This document shows, in pieces, positions 15,924 to 23,884 of a stretch of DNA of 24,276 nucleotides. Position 1 is the first letter of the stretch, and the number at the start of each line of letters is the position of its first letter. Source of the DNA: Pirellulales bacterium. GTDB taxonomy: Bacteria > Planctomycetota > Planctomycetia > Pirellulales > JBGTDH01. The DNA is taken from contig JBGTDH010000310.1 of NCBI GenBank assembly GCA_041748435.1, forward strand, positions 1 to 24,276, in the 5' to 3' direction. Below the pieces are notes generated by a model. That model searched no databases. It was not told the DNA's origin and worked only from the letters and a program-made list of their open reading frames with translations. Position numbers and translations under genes: made by a program.

Positions 15924-16189
15924 CACGAGGGAGAGATAGCGAGCAGCTTGCGAGCCTTGGCCTGCAGGATGGCCACGAATTTATTGGCTTGGACGTACCC
16001 TTGGTACTTCGCCTCCTCTTCAGGAGTGAGGTCGCCTTCGTTGGCCTTGGCGGCGAGCTGCTCGATCTGCTCCTTCAATTCGGCGTCGCCGCGATACTGC
16101 ACGATGCCCCGCGCCTGATCGGCCGTGAAGAACTGCAGAATGGCATCCGTTCCGCGATCGAAAGCATCGGCGTCGATAGTCGTTGACAT
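15923..16189 (-). CDS. Small helical protein of the type found directly upstream of HNH nucleases (putative antitoxin/immunity partner)
   Basis: 88 aa containing IEQLAAKANEGDLTPEEEAKYQGYVQANKFVAILQAKARKLL; its stop overlaps the HNH start; an upstream -10 element is present. Confidence 0.75.
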   Translation of the reverse strand: MSTTIDADAFDRGTDAILQFFTADQARGIVQYRGDAELKEQIEQLAAKANEGDLTPEEEAKYQGYVQANKFVAILQAKARKLLAISPS

Positions 16190-16194
16190 ATCGG

Positions 16195-16206
16195 GATCAT
16201 ATCACG
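16195..16206 (-). promoter_or_regulatory. Putative extended -10 promoter, leaderless spacing
   Basis: The reverse complement reads CGTGATATGATC; the TATGAT hexamer ends 6 nt before ATG 16189 and no SD is present. Confidence 0.5.
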
Positions 16207-16321
16207 AGGCGTGACGTCAGCCATGCCGTTTCCGCATGGTGATGCAACGAAATGGGTTCGTCCGATGCTCGGGTCAAAGGACGGTGTCACAGTGACTTGC
16301 GGCGACCGCAATCGGCGGTTT

Positions 16322-16346
16322 TTCGTTGCACGGGCCGTGCAACGAA
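16322..16346. promoter_or_regulatory. Perfect 11-bp inverted repeat (operator or hairpin) in the divergent intergenic region
   Basis: TTCGTTGCACG-ggc-CGTGCAACGAA; an extra TGCAACGAA half-site lies at 16243-16251. Confidence 0.5.
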
Positions 16347-16414
16347 TGCGGCGAACAACTACACTAATTGGATTGGATTGGGATAAGATCGCTGGCCGCA
16401 GTGAAGGAAGAACC

Positions 16415-17671
16415 ATGCCGTTTCGACCCTTGAATCGCCGCACGTTTCTTCGCTCGGCGGGCATTGCGGTTGCCCTGCCGATGCTGGATGCGATGATCCC
16501 CGCCGGTGCCGCGGAAGCCAAGAAGGTTGCGGCGCAACCGAAGCGCATGCTGCTGGTCGGCCGGCCGTTGGGCATGTATGCCCCGTACTTCTTTCCCGAG
16601 GAGGTCGGCCGCACTTATCAGCCCAGCCGCTACCTGAAGATACTGGAGGGGCATCGCGACCACTTCACGGTCTTCTCCGGCATGTCCCACCGCTACGCTG
16701 CGGGACACTTTGCCGAGGTCGGCCTGATGACAGGCGCCCGCACGGAGAACATCCGTCCGAGCGATATTCGCAACACCATCTCCCTGGATCAAGAGGCGGC
16801 GGCGCACGTCGGGGGCCAGACGCGTTTCGCCTCGCTGGTGATCGGCGGCGGCAGCGCGGCCTGGAATCGGCGCGGTGTCCGCATTCCGGCCGAGTCGCGG
16901 GCGACGCAGGTCTTCAAGCAGCTCTTCATTCGCGGCACGCCGGAAGAGGTGGCCCGCGAGGTACGGCGCGTGCGCGATGGCCAGAGCATTCTGGATGATG
17001 TCCGCGGGCAGGTAAAAACAATCAATAAACAGCTTAGCGAAGTCGATCGCCGCCGGCTGGACTTGTACCTGTCGTCCGTCCGCGAAGCCGAGCAACGGCT
17101 GCAACAAGACGAGCGCTGGAGCAGCACGCCCAAGCCGCAGGTGGAAGCGCCCCCCGCGAAGGACTTTGGCGGGCCGCAGTTGTTGGAGCGCAGCCGGCAG
17201 TGGTACGATATCGTGCATTTGGCGCTGCAAACCGATTCGACGCGGGTCATTTCGCTGTGGCTCGGTTCGCAAGAGCGGCCTGAAATCCAGGGCGTCAATC
17301 TCGCTCACCATGACGCCTCACACCACGGCCAGGAACCCGCGAAACTGGAGCAACTGGCGCTGATCGAGGAAGCCGAGGTGCGCGTGCTCGGCGAGTTTCT
17401 GGAAAAGATGAAGCAGAGCAGCGAAGGAGAGCAAACCTTGCTGGACCGCACGGCAATCTTCTATGCCAGCAACCTGGGCAATTCGTCGTCGCACGACAAC
17501 AACAACCTGCCGATCCTGCTCGCCGGCGGCGGCTTCAAGCACCAGGGCCATCTGGCCTACGATCGGAAGAACAATACGCTGCTTTCCAATCTCTTCGTCC
17601 GCATGCTGCGGCAGATGGGAATCGAGACAGACTCCTTCGGGGCCAGCACCTCCGTGATCAGCGAAGTATGA
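16415..17671 (+). CDS. DUF1552 (PSD2, HxxSHH) family protein with a Tat-like signal (ORF-track start 16211; ATG 16415 preferred)
   Basis: AAGGAAG SD; LNRRTFLRSAGIAVALPMLDAM; TISLDQEAA; SILDDV; LDLYLSSVREAEQRL; ALQTDSTRV; HHDASHHG; HDNNNLPILLAGGGFKHQGHL; LSNLFVRML. Confidence 0.92.
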   Translation: MPFRPLNRRTFLRSAGIAVALPMLDAMIPAGAAEAKKVAAQPKRMLLVGRPLGMYAPYFFPEEVGRTYQPSRYLKILEGHRDHFTVFSGMSHRYAAGHFAEVGLMTGARTENIRPSDIRNTISLDQEAAAHVGGQTRFASLVIGGGSAAWNRRGVRIPAESRATQVFKQLFIRGTPEEVAREVRRVRDGQSILDDVRGQVKTINKQLSEVDRRRLDLYLSSVREAEQRLQQDERWSSTPKPQVEAPPAKDFGGPQLLERSRQWYDIVHLALQTDSTRVISLWLGSQERPEIQGVNLAHHDASHHGQEPAKLEQLALIEEAEVRVLGEFLEKMKQSSEGEQTLLDRTAIFYASNLGNSSSHDNNNLPILLAGGGFKHQGHLAYDRKNNTLLSNLFVRMLRQMGIETDSFGASTSVISEV

Positions 17672-20127
17672 TGCTGCGTTCTACTCCTGGAACACGCGGA
17701 ATCGGCCTGCTGTTGTGCCTTGCCTCGCTGATGCAAGCTGGCGAAGTGTTGCCATCAATTGAGACGCGGTTCGCCGATGTGTCTCCGGAGGGACCCTATC
17801 CGGAAACGCCGGACTTTCAGCGCCACGTCGTAGCCCTGCTCGGACGGTTAGGATGCAATGGCCGAAGCTGCCACGGATCGTTTCAAGGGCAAGGCGGATT
17901 TCGACTCTCGATGTTCGGCTACGATTTCTCTGCCGATCATGAGGCAATTACCGGCGGCGAAGTACCCCGCGTCGATCTCAAGGATCCCTCCGCCAGCTTG
18001 ATCCTTAAAAAGCCAACCAGCGAAGACGAGCATGGCGGCGGCCGCCGTTATAACTCCGGCGGCTGGGAGCACCGCGTGCTTCGCTCCTGGATTGCCGGCG
18101 GCGCCAAGCACGAGGACGGTCGCGCCGGCCGGCTGCTGCGGCTGGAAGTCTCGCCGGCGGAAATGCTGTTTTCCACAGCCGGTAAGGAAACGCAAATGCG
18201 GGCTGTAGCCGTCTGGTCGGACGGAACGCGCGAAGATGTTACCTGCCTGACTCGCTTCAGCAGCAACGACGACTCCGTGGCAGAAGTCACGTCCGGCGGT
18301 CTTGTGCGATCGAAGGGATCCGGCGATACGCACCTCATCGCCACCTACGATAATGCGGTCACCTCCACGCCCGTGCTTATGCCCGTGAGCGGCCAGGCGG
18401 GCCAGCCCTATCCGGTCGTCCCGACGTTCACAAGGATCGACGAGTTGGTCGTCGGCAAGCTCCGCAAGCTGGGCATCGTCCCCGCCGCTACGTGCAGCGA
18501 CGAGGAATTCCTGCGGCGCGTGAGTCTGGATATCGCTGGCACGCTCCCCACGCCCGAGCAAGTGCGTGCCTTCGCGGCCGATGAGTCTCCCAACAAGCGG
18601 GCGAAAAAAATCGACGACCTGCTGGCCACGCCCGCCCACAGCTTGTGGTGGTCCACAAAGTTCTGCGACATCACGGGACTGAACGCGCCGCTCTACTTGG
18701 GCACTACCGAGTTTGGGCCGATCGTCGGCGAGCAGTGGCGCTCATGGGTCGAGCGGAAGTTCCGGGACAATGTCCCCTACGATCAGATCGTCGAAGGCAT
18801 GGTCGTGGCCGTGAGCCGCCCAGCTGGGCAGAAGTACGAAGACTTCGCATTGGCTCAAACGGCCTATACGCTCACGAAGGATCCGCAAGACTTCACGGCC
18901 CGCGCGACGATGCCGCATTTCTGGTTCCGCGGCAACCTGGCCACCACCGACGATAAGGCACTGGCCTTCGCTTACAGCTTCATGGGCGTGCGATTGGATT
19001 GTGCCCAGTGCCACAAGCACCCGTTCGATCGCTGGTCGCAGCAGGACTTCAAGCAGTTTGCCGCCATCTTCGATCGCGTGCGCTGGGGCGTTTCGCCGGA
19101 GTGCAAATCGGACTACGACCAGCTCCGGGAAGCCTTGGGCGTGCCACGCATGAAAGATGCGGCGGAGCGGCGGCAGTCTTACTGGCGCTGGGCTCGCGAA
19201 GGAAAGGCCGTCCCGTGGCCGGAAGTGTTCATCGGGACTGCCCAGCGCCAGGACAATTCGCCGCCAGAGAGCCTGCCGCCCAAGTTGCTCGGCGGCGCAG
19301 AGATCGATCTGGACGAGGTCGACGATCCGCGCCGTCCGCTGATGGATTGGTTGCGGCAGCGAGACAACCCGTATTTCGCCCCCGCCTGGGTTAACCGCGT
19401 CTGGAGCCATTACTTCGGCCGCGGCATCGTGGAACCGGCCGACGATTTGAACCTGGCGAATCCCCCCAGCAATCGTGAGCTGCTGGACTATCTGGCTACG
19501 GCGTTCGTCGAGCACGCTTACGACATGAAGTGGCTGCATCGGGAGATCACCGCGAGCCGCGCGTATCAGATGTCCTGGCACACCAACGATACAAACCGCG
19601 ACGATGAGCGGAACTTCAGCCATGCCCGCATCCGTCGCCTTCCGGCGGAAGTGGCCGTGGACGCCATGCTGCAGGCCACAGCCAACTCGCAGCGAGCAGC
19701 GACGCACCTGACGGAAGTGAGGGACCGCAAGATTGGCGTGCAAGCCACGGCCGATCACTCGCGCACCGAGTTTGCGCTGGCGGTGTTCGGCAAGCCGCTG
19801 CGGACCGTGAACTGCGATTGTGAACGGGAGCAGGAGCCCTCGCTCGCCCAGGCTCTGTTCGTGCGGAACGATCAGGACCTGTTCGCCATGCTCGATCGCC
19901 GCGATGGTTGGCTGGCTGGTCTGACGAAAGACAAGTCGATCGGCGAACCGGCGCGCCGCGCGGAGCTGGTGCGGGAAGCCTACTTGCGGACTCTGTCTCG
20001 TGCTCCCAGCTCTGCGGAACTCTCTCGATCGGTTGAACACCTTTCACGCACGGACGACACTCTCAGCCAGTTGCGCGATCTTGTGTGGGCCCTTCTGAAC
20101 ACGCACGAGTTCATCACGAATCACTAG
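17668..20127 (+). CDS. DUF1549/DUF1553 (PSCyt2/PSD1) protein with an N-terminal cytochrome-like segment and an Ig-like (BIG2) domain
   Basis: CNGRSCHG, GGFRLSMFGYD, SDEEFLRRVSLDIAGTLPT, GVRLDCAQCHKHPFDRWSQQDF, VNRVWSHYFGRGIVEP, NPPSNRELLDYLA, CDCER; ATGA overlap with the DUF1552 gene. Confidence 0.93.
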   Translation: MMLRSTPGTRGIGLLLCLASLMQAGEVLPSIETRFADVSPEGPYPETPDFQRHVVALLGRLGCNGRSCHGSFQGQGGFRLSMFGYDFSADHEAITGGEVPRVDLKDPSASLILKKPTSEDEHGGGRRYNSGGWEHRVLRSWIAGGAKHEDGRAGRLLRLEVSPAEMLFSTAGKETQMRAVAVWSDGTREDVTCLTRFSSNDDSVAEVTSGGLVRSKGSGDTHLIATYDNAVTSTPVLMPVSGQAGQPYPVVPTFTRIDELVVGKLRKLGIVPAATCSDEEFLRRVSLDIAGTLPTPEQVRAFAADESPNKRAKKIDDLLATPAHSLWWSTKFCDITGLNAPLYLGTTEFGPIVGEQWRSWVERKFRDNVPYDQIVEGMVVAVSRPAGQKYEDFALAQTAYTLTKDPQDFTARATMPHFWFRGNLATTDDKALAFAYSFMGVRLDCAQCHKHPFDRWSQQDFKQFAAIFDRVRWGVSPECKSDYDQLREALGVPRMKDAAERRQSYWRWAREGKAVPWPEVFIGTAQRQDNSPPESLPPKLLGGAEIDLDEVDDPRRPLMDWLRQRDNPYFAPAWVNRVWSHYFGRGIVEPADDLNLANPPSNRELLDYLATAFVEHAYDMKWLHREITASRAYQMSWHTNDTNRDDERNFSHARIRRLPAEVAVDAMLQATANSQRAATHLTEVRDRKIGVQATADHSRTEFALAVFGKPLRTVNCDCEREQEPSLAQALFVRNDQDLFAMLDRRDGWLAGLTKDKSIGEPARRAELVREAYLRTLSRAPSSAELSRSVEHLSRTDDTLSQLRDLVWALLNTHEFITNH

Positions 20128-20138
20128 CAGGCCCGCCA

Positions 20139-21422
20139 ATGAATCGTTGTTCGATTGCGCGTCGCCGCCTGCTCCAGGTTGGATTCCTGGGGGGCATCGG
20201 GCTTTCCCTGGCTGACTACCTGCGGCTGGCGCAAGCCAATGAAAAGCGGCCCAAAGCCGAGGCCTGCATCTTCCTGCATCTCAAGGGTGGCGCATCGCAC
20301 CTGGACACGCTGGACATGAAGCCCGAAGCACCCCGCGAGGAGCGCGGGGAGTTCAAGTCCATCCCATCCGTCGTGCCTGGCTATCACGTTTGCGAGCACT
20401 TGCCGAGGCTGGCCCGATACATCGATCGCTTCACGCTCGTCCGGGGCATCAGTCATGCGGCCGGCGCGCATCCACTCGCCAATGAGTACCTGTTCACCGG
20501 CAATCGGCCGACGCCGGCGGTCGTGTATCCTTGCCTGGGATCAGTCGCGGCCAAGGAGCTCGCGGCGCCGCCGGCCATTCCACCCTTCGTCACGGTCCCC
20601 AACTCCGATATGGGTCCCGGCTATCTGGGTGTCTCCTATGGGGCCTTCAAGACCACCGCGGCGCCGCGGCCGGGAAAGCCATTTGAGGTGCGCGGCCTGG
20701 CGACGGCGAGCGGCGAGAGTCTGGAGAGAATCCTGGCCCGCAACGAACTGCTGGATGATCTGAATCGCACCTTCGGCGGGCTGCAGTCAAACAGCCCCTT
20801 GGTCGATGGATTGGACCGCTTTGGCCAACAGGCGCGAGACATGATCTTGTCCCAGAGCGCCCGCGCGGCCTTCGATGTGAGTCGCGAGTCGCCGGGCATC
20901 GTAAAGTTGTTTGAGGAGGATGAAACCAGCCAAAGCTTGCTGCTGGCCTGCCGTCTGGTGGAGCATGGTGTACGGTTCGTCACGGTAACACACAACGGCT
21001 GGGACACACACCTGGATAACTTCACTTCGCTGAAGAACAAGTTGCTGCCCCCGTTTGACTCCGGCATCACCGCGTTGGTGCAGGCGCTGGAAGCAAAGGG
21101 CCTTTTGGACCGCGTGCTGGTGGTGGCGACGGGCGAGTTTGGCCGCACGCCAACGATCAACAAGAACGCCGGCCGCGATCACTGGCCGCGGACCATGTGG
21201 ACGTTGGTGGCCGGCGGCGGCGCAAAACGCAATCATTTTCTGGGCGGCACCGATTCCCAGGGGCACGCTCCGGATGACGACACCCATCTGAAGCCGGACG
21301 ACCTGGCCGCCTCCATCTACCATGCTCTGGGAATCGACCCGCAGTTGGAGTACGTGACCCGCGCCGGGCGTCCCGTCCGCCTGGTCCCGGATGGCAAAGT
21401 TATCGCCGACCTCTTTGCGTAG
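20139..21422 (+). CDS. DUF1501 family protein with a Tat-like signal (ATG 20139 preferred over 20085)
   Basis: RRRLLQVG, GGASHLDTLDMKP, RGEFKSI, CEHLPRLA, LLLACRLVEHGVRFVTV, GWDTH, GEFGRTP, GRDHWP, LAASIYHALGID. Confidence 0.93.
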   Translation: MNRCSIARRRLLQVGFLGGIGLSLADYLRLAQANEKRPKAEACIFLHLKGGASHLDTLDMKPEAPREERGEFKSIPSVVPGYHVCEHLPRLARYIDRFTLVRGISHAAGAHPLANEYLFTGNRPTPAVVYPCLGSVAAKELAAPPAIPPFVTVPNSDMGPGYLGVSYGAFKTTAAPRPGKPFEVRGLATASGESLERILARNELLDDLNRTFGGLQSNSPLVDGLDRFGQQARDMILSQSARAAFDVSRESPGIVKLFEEDETSQSLLLACRLVEHGVRFVTVTHNGWDTHLDNFTSLKNKLLPPFDSGITALVQALEAKGLLDRVLVVATGEFGRTPTINKNAGRDHWPRTMWTLVAGGGAKRNHFLGGTDSQGHAPDDDTHLKPDDLAASIYHALGIDPQLEYVTRAGRPVRLVPDGKVIADLFA

Positions 21423-21561
21423 GCTTGATCAACCCTTGCTACGCCAGCGACATTGCTTGGGATCCTTGGCACGTTCTGTTTTTTGACAGCAGGCGCGGCC
21501 TGGAAGGATGGCGTCGCAACGAGGACAGCCAGCATAACCAATCGCACGTTTTGCACTCTCC

Positions 21562-23826
21562 TTAATGCTGAAAGAGAAACTCGGGATGGTTGAGCAGCAG
21601 CCACAGGACGTCTTCGATGCCGGCCCGCCGCGCCGGGCCGGCTTGGCTCAAGCGCTGGCCGAGAATGCGTCGTTCCTCATCGCGGGCGGTGCGGCCGAGC
21701 GTGACGAGAAACAGATCATCGAGCACCTCCTCTGCCGAGAGTGCAGAGGCAGCCAATCGGGCAGCGCGGCCGGCATCGCTATGCACTTTGCCTTGGACCA
21801 CGGGGCCGCTCACCAGTTGCAGGGCTTGCGAGAGATTCGTCTGCGCGTCGCGCTCGCATTCGCAGGCACTGGCCCGCACGGGACGGCCAAAGGCCTCCAG
21901 GAAGGGATGCTTGTACTCCCCGTCGGCCAAGGCAATGGCCGGCGTTCCGAGTGGAAAATCCGGGTAGCGCTCCGGCACATCGGTCGCCTGGCAAATGGCG
22001 TCCATCAGTTGCTCGGATTGGAGCAGGCGAATCGGAGCGTGCGAGTAGTATTTCTCGTCGCTGGCGTTATTGGCCGTCGCTTGCGAGCTGGCCTGATAGA
22101 CCCGCGAGTTGGCGATCAACCGGATCGTGCGTTTGCGATCGTAGCCGTGGCGCACAAAATCGTCAGCCAGCCAATCGAGCAACTCCGGATGGCTGGGAGG
22201 GTTCGAGCTGCGGAAGTCGTCAACAGGCTCGACCAGGCCGCGGCCAAACAGATGGAACCACAGTCGATTAACGGAAGCTCTGGCGAAAAACCGGTTGTTC
22301 GGCGCAGTAAGCCATTCGGCAAAAGTCGCCCGCAGATCATCTCCGTTGTCAGCAAGCAACGGCTTGCCATCCAGTACCGTGGGAAGCACGATTTCCCCCG
22401 TTCGCGGATGCTTGAGTTCGCCGGCCCGCGTCAGGAACACGGTCTCTTCTTTGTCGTACTTGTTGTTGACGTACGACCCATCCTGGAAACGGACCCGCGT
22501 AAAGAAGGCCGCCAGGCCGTAGAAATCGTCCTGGGTCCAACGCTCGGCCGGATGATTGTGGCAGCGGGCACATTGGATTCTCACGCCGAGAAACAGTTGC
22601 GAAACCTCTTCGGCCGCCATCTGCGGATCGATCTGGGGGACAATCGCCCCCACGCGCAACCGTCGCCAGAAGGTGGCCGCGGGATTCGAGTAGTTTGGCC
22701 CGCTCGCTGTCAGAATAGCTCGGACAAACTGGTCCTCCGGCACATTGACCGCCATGGCATGGCGAATCCAGAGCTGGTACTTCAGCGCCCCTAGCTTGCC
22801 AGCGAATCGCCGGTTGCATCCTAACCGATCGGCCCACTTCAAGGCCCACCAATCGGCAAACTCGGGCCGCTCGAGCAGGGCGTCGATCAGTCGTTGGCGT
22901 TTGTCGACGCCCCTATCAGCCAGAAAGGAGCGGACCTCGTCGACAGTTGGCAGCCGGCCGATGAGGTCGAGGTGCACTCGCCGCACGAACTGCGCATCGC
23001 TCGACAGGTCGGACGGCTCGATGCTGAGCAGCTTGAGTTTGGCAAACACGTGCCGGTCGATCTCGTTGTGCTCCTCCGGGTGGGACCAGGTGAAATCGGC
23101 AGCCGGTTCGAGAAACACGAGCCGGGCCGCGGCAAACTGGTTGCCGTATTCAGCCGTAACGGTGACTTCGCCACGCCCTCGCTTCTCTACAAGCCCGTCG
23201 GGCGTCACGACCGCCACGCGCTCGTCACAACTCTGGAAGCGTGCCAGGTGCGTTACGTCGCAGCGCGAACCGTCGTCAAACGTTGCCGTTGCTCGCAAGC
23301 TCTGCGAACGGGCCGGCAACTCTAACACGCGCTCCGACGGCGAAATCTCGAGACCAATCAACCGCGCCGTTTCGCGAGTCGATGTGCCCGTCGGACCTTC
23401 GCTCGATTGAACAATCCAATCCCGCAGCAATCGGTGGAACTCGCCGTCGGGTGCAATCCGCCGACCCCCTTGGTGGGGCACGCGATTGGTCGCCTTCAGC
23501 AACAGCAGGCTGGCGTCGGGATCCAGCGGGTCGATCCGACGGCTCTGCGATTCACGCGTGAGGGTTTGGAGATCCGCGGCAGCGTCGTACCCACGCAAGC
23601 TCAAGCGAAAGCCGTTCTTGCCACTGGGCGTGCCATGACAGGTGCCCGAGTTGCAGCCGGCCTTGGTCAGCAGGGGCAGAACTTCGTGACGGAAGCTGAC
23701 GGAAGGACTGGGCGGAAGATCGGCACAAGCTGCATCGGGAATCGATGCAGCCATGACAGTTAACAATGGCAAGTATTTCCACGCGGCCCTGCAATGGCTC
23801 ATGTTGCGTCCCGATTCGATGGACAC
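21562..23826 (-). CDS. Second DUF1549/DUF1553 protein with a BIG2 domain (start GTG 23826 or ATG 23802)
   Basis: CNSGTCHG, GKNGFRLSLRGYD, SSDAQFVRRVHLDLIGRLPT, GVRIQCARCHNHPAERWTQDDF, VNRLWFHLFGRGLVEP, NPPSHPELLDWLA, CECER. Confidence 0.93.
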   Translation of the reverse strand: MSIESGRNMSHCRAAWKYLPLLTVMAASIPDAACADLPPSPSVSFRHEVLPLLTKAGCNSGTCHGTPSGKNGFRLSLRGYDAAADLQTLTRESQSRRIDPLDPDASLLLLKATNRVPHQGGRRIAPDGEFHRLLRDWIVQSSEGPTGTSTRETARLIGLEISPSERVLELPARSQSLRATATFDDGSRCDVTHLARFQSCDERVAVVTPDGLVEKRGRGEVTVTAEYGNQFAAARLVFLEPAADFTWSHPEEHNEIDRHVFAKLKLLSIEPSDLSSDAQFVRRVHLDLIGRLPTVDEVRSFLADRGVDKRQRLIDALLERPEFADWWALKWADRLGCNRRFAGKLGALKYQLWIRHAMAVNVPEDQFVRAILTASGPNYSNPAATFWRRLRVGAIVPQIDPQMAAEEVSQLFLGVRIQCARCHNHPAERWTQDDFYGLAAFFTRVRFQDGSYVNNKYDKEETVFLTRAGELKHPRTGEIVLPTVLDGKPLLADNGDDLRATFAEWLTAPNNRFFARASVNRLWFHLFGRGLVEPVDDFRSSNPPSHPELLDWLADDFVRHGYDRKRTIRLIANSRVYQASSQATANNASDEKYYSHAPIRLLQSEQLMDAICQATDVPERYPDFPLGTPAIALADGEYKHPFLEAFGRPVRASACECERDAQTNLSQALQLVSGPVVQGKVHSDAGRAARLAASALSAEEVLDDLFLVTLGRTARDEERRILGQRLSQAGPARRAGIEDVLWLLLNHPEFLFQH

Positions 23827-23844
23827 CAGGCGATTAGCTTGTCA

Positions 23845-23856
23845 GAATATATCACC
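23845..23856 (-). promoter_or_regulatory. Putative extended -10 promoter for the minus-strand DUF1549/1553 gene
   Basis: The reverse complement reads GGTGATATATTC (TG-n-TATATT), 18 nt upstream of 23826. Confidence 0.4.
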
Positions 23857-23884
23857 GTTAGTTGATGGGATAAAGGAGCGGACC

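Noticed and set aside
16364-22794. Long opposite-strand ORFs 16364-17311, 18742-20040 and 21565-22794
   Set aside because: Each lies wholly antisense to a well-supported DUF1552 or DUF1549/1553 gene.
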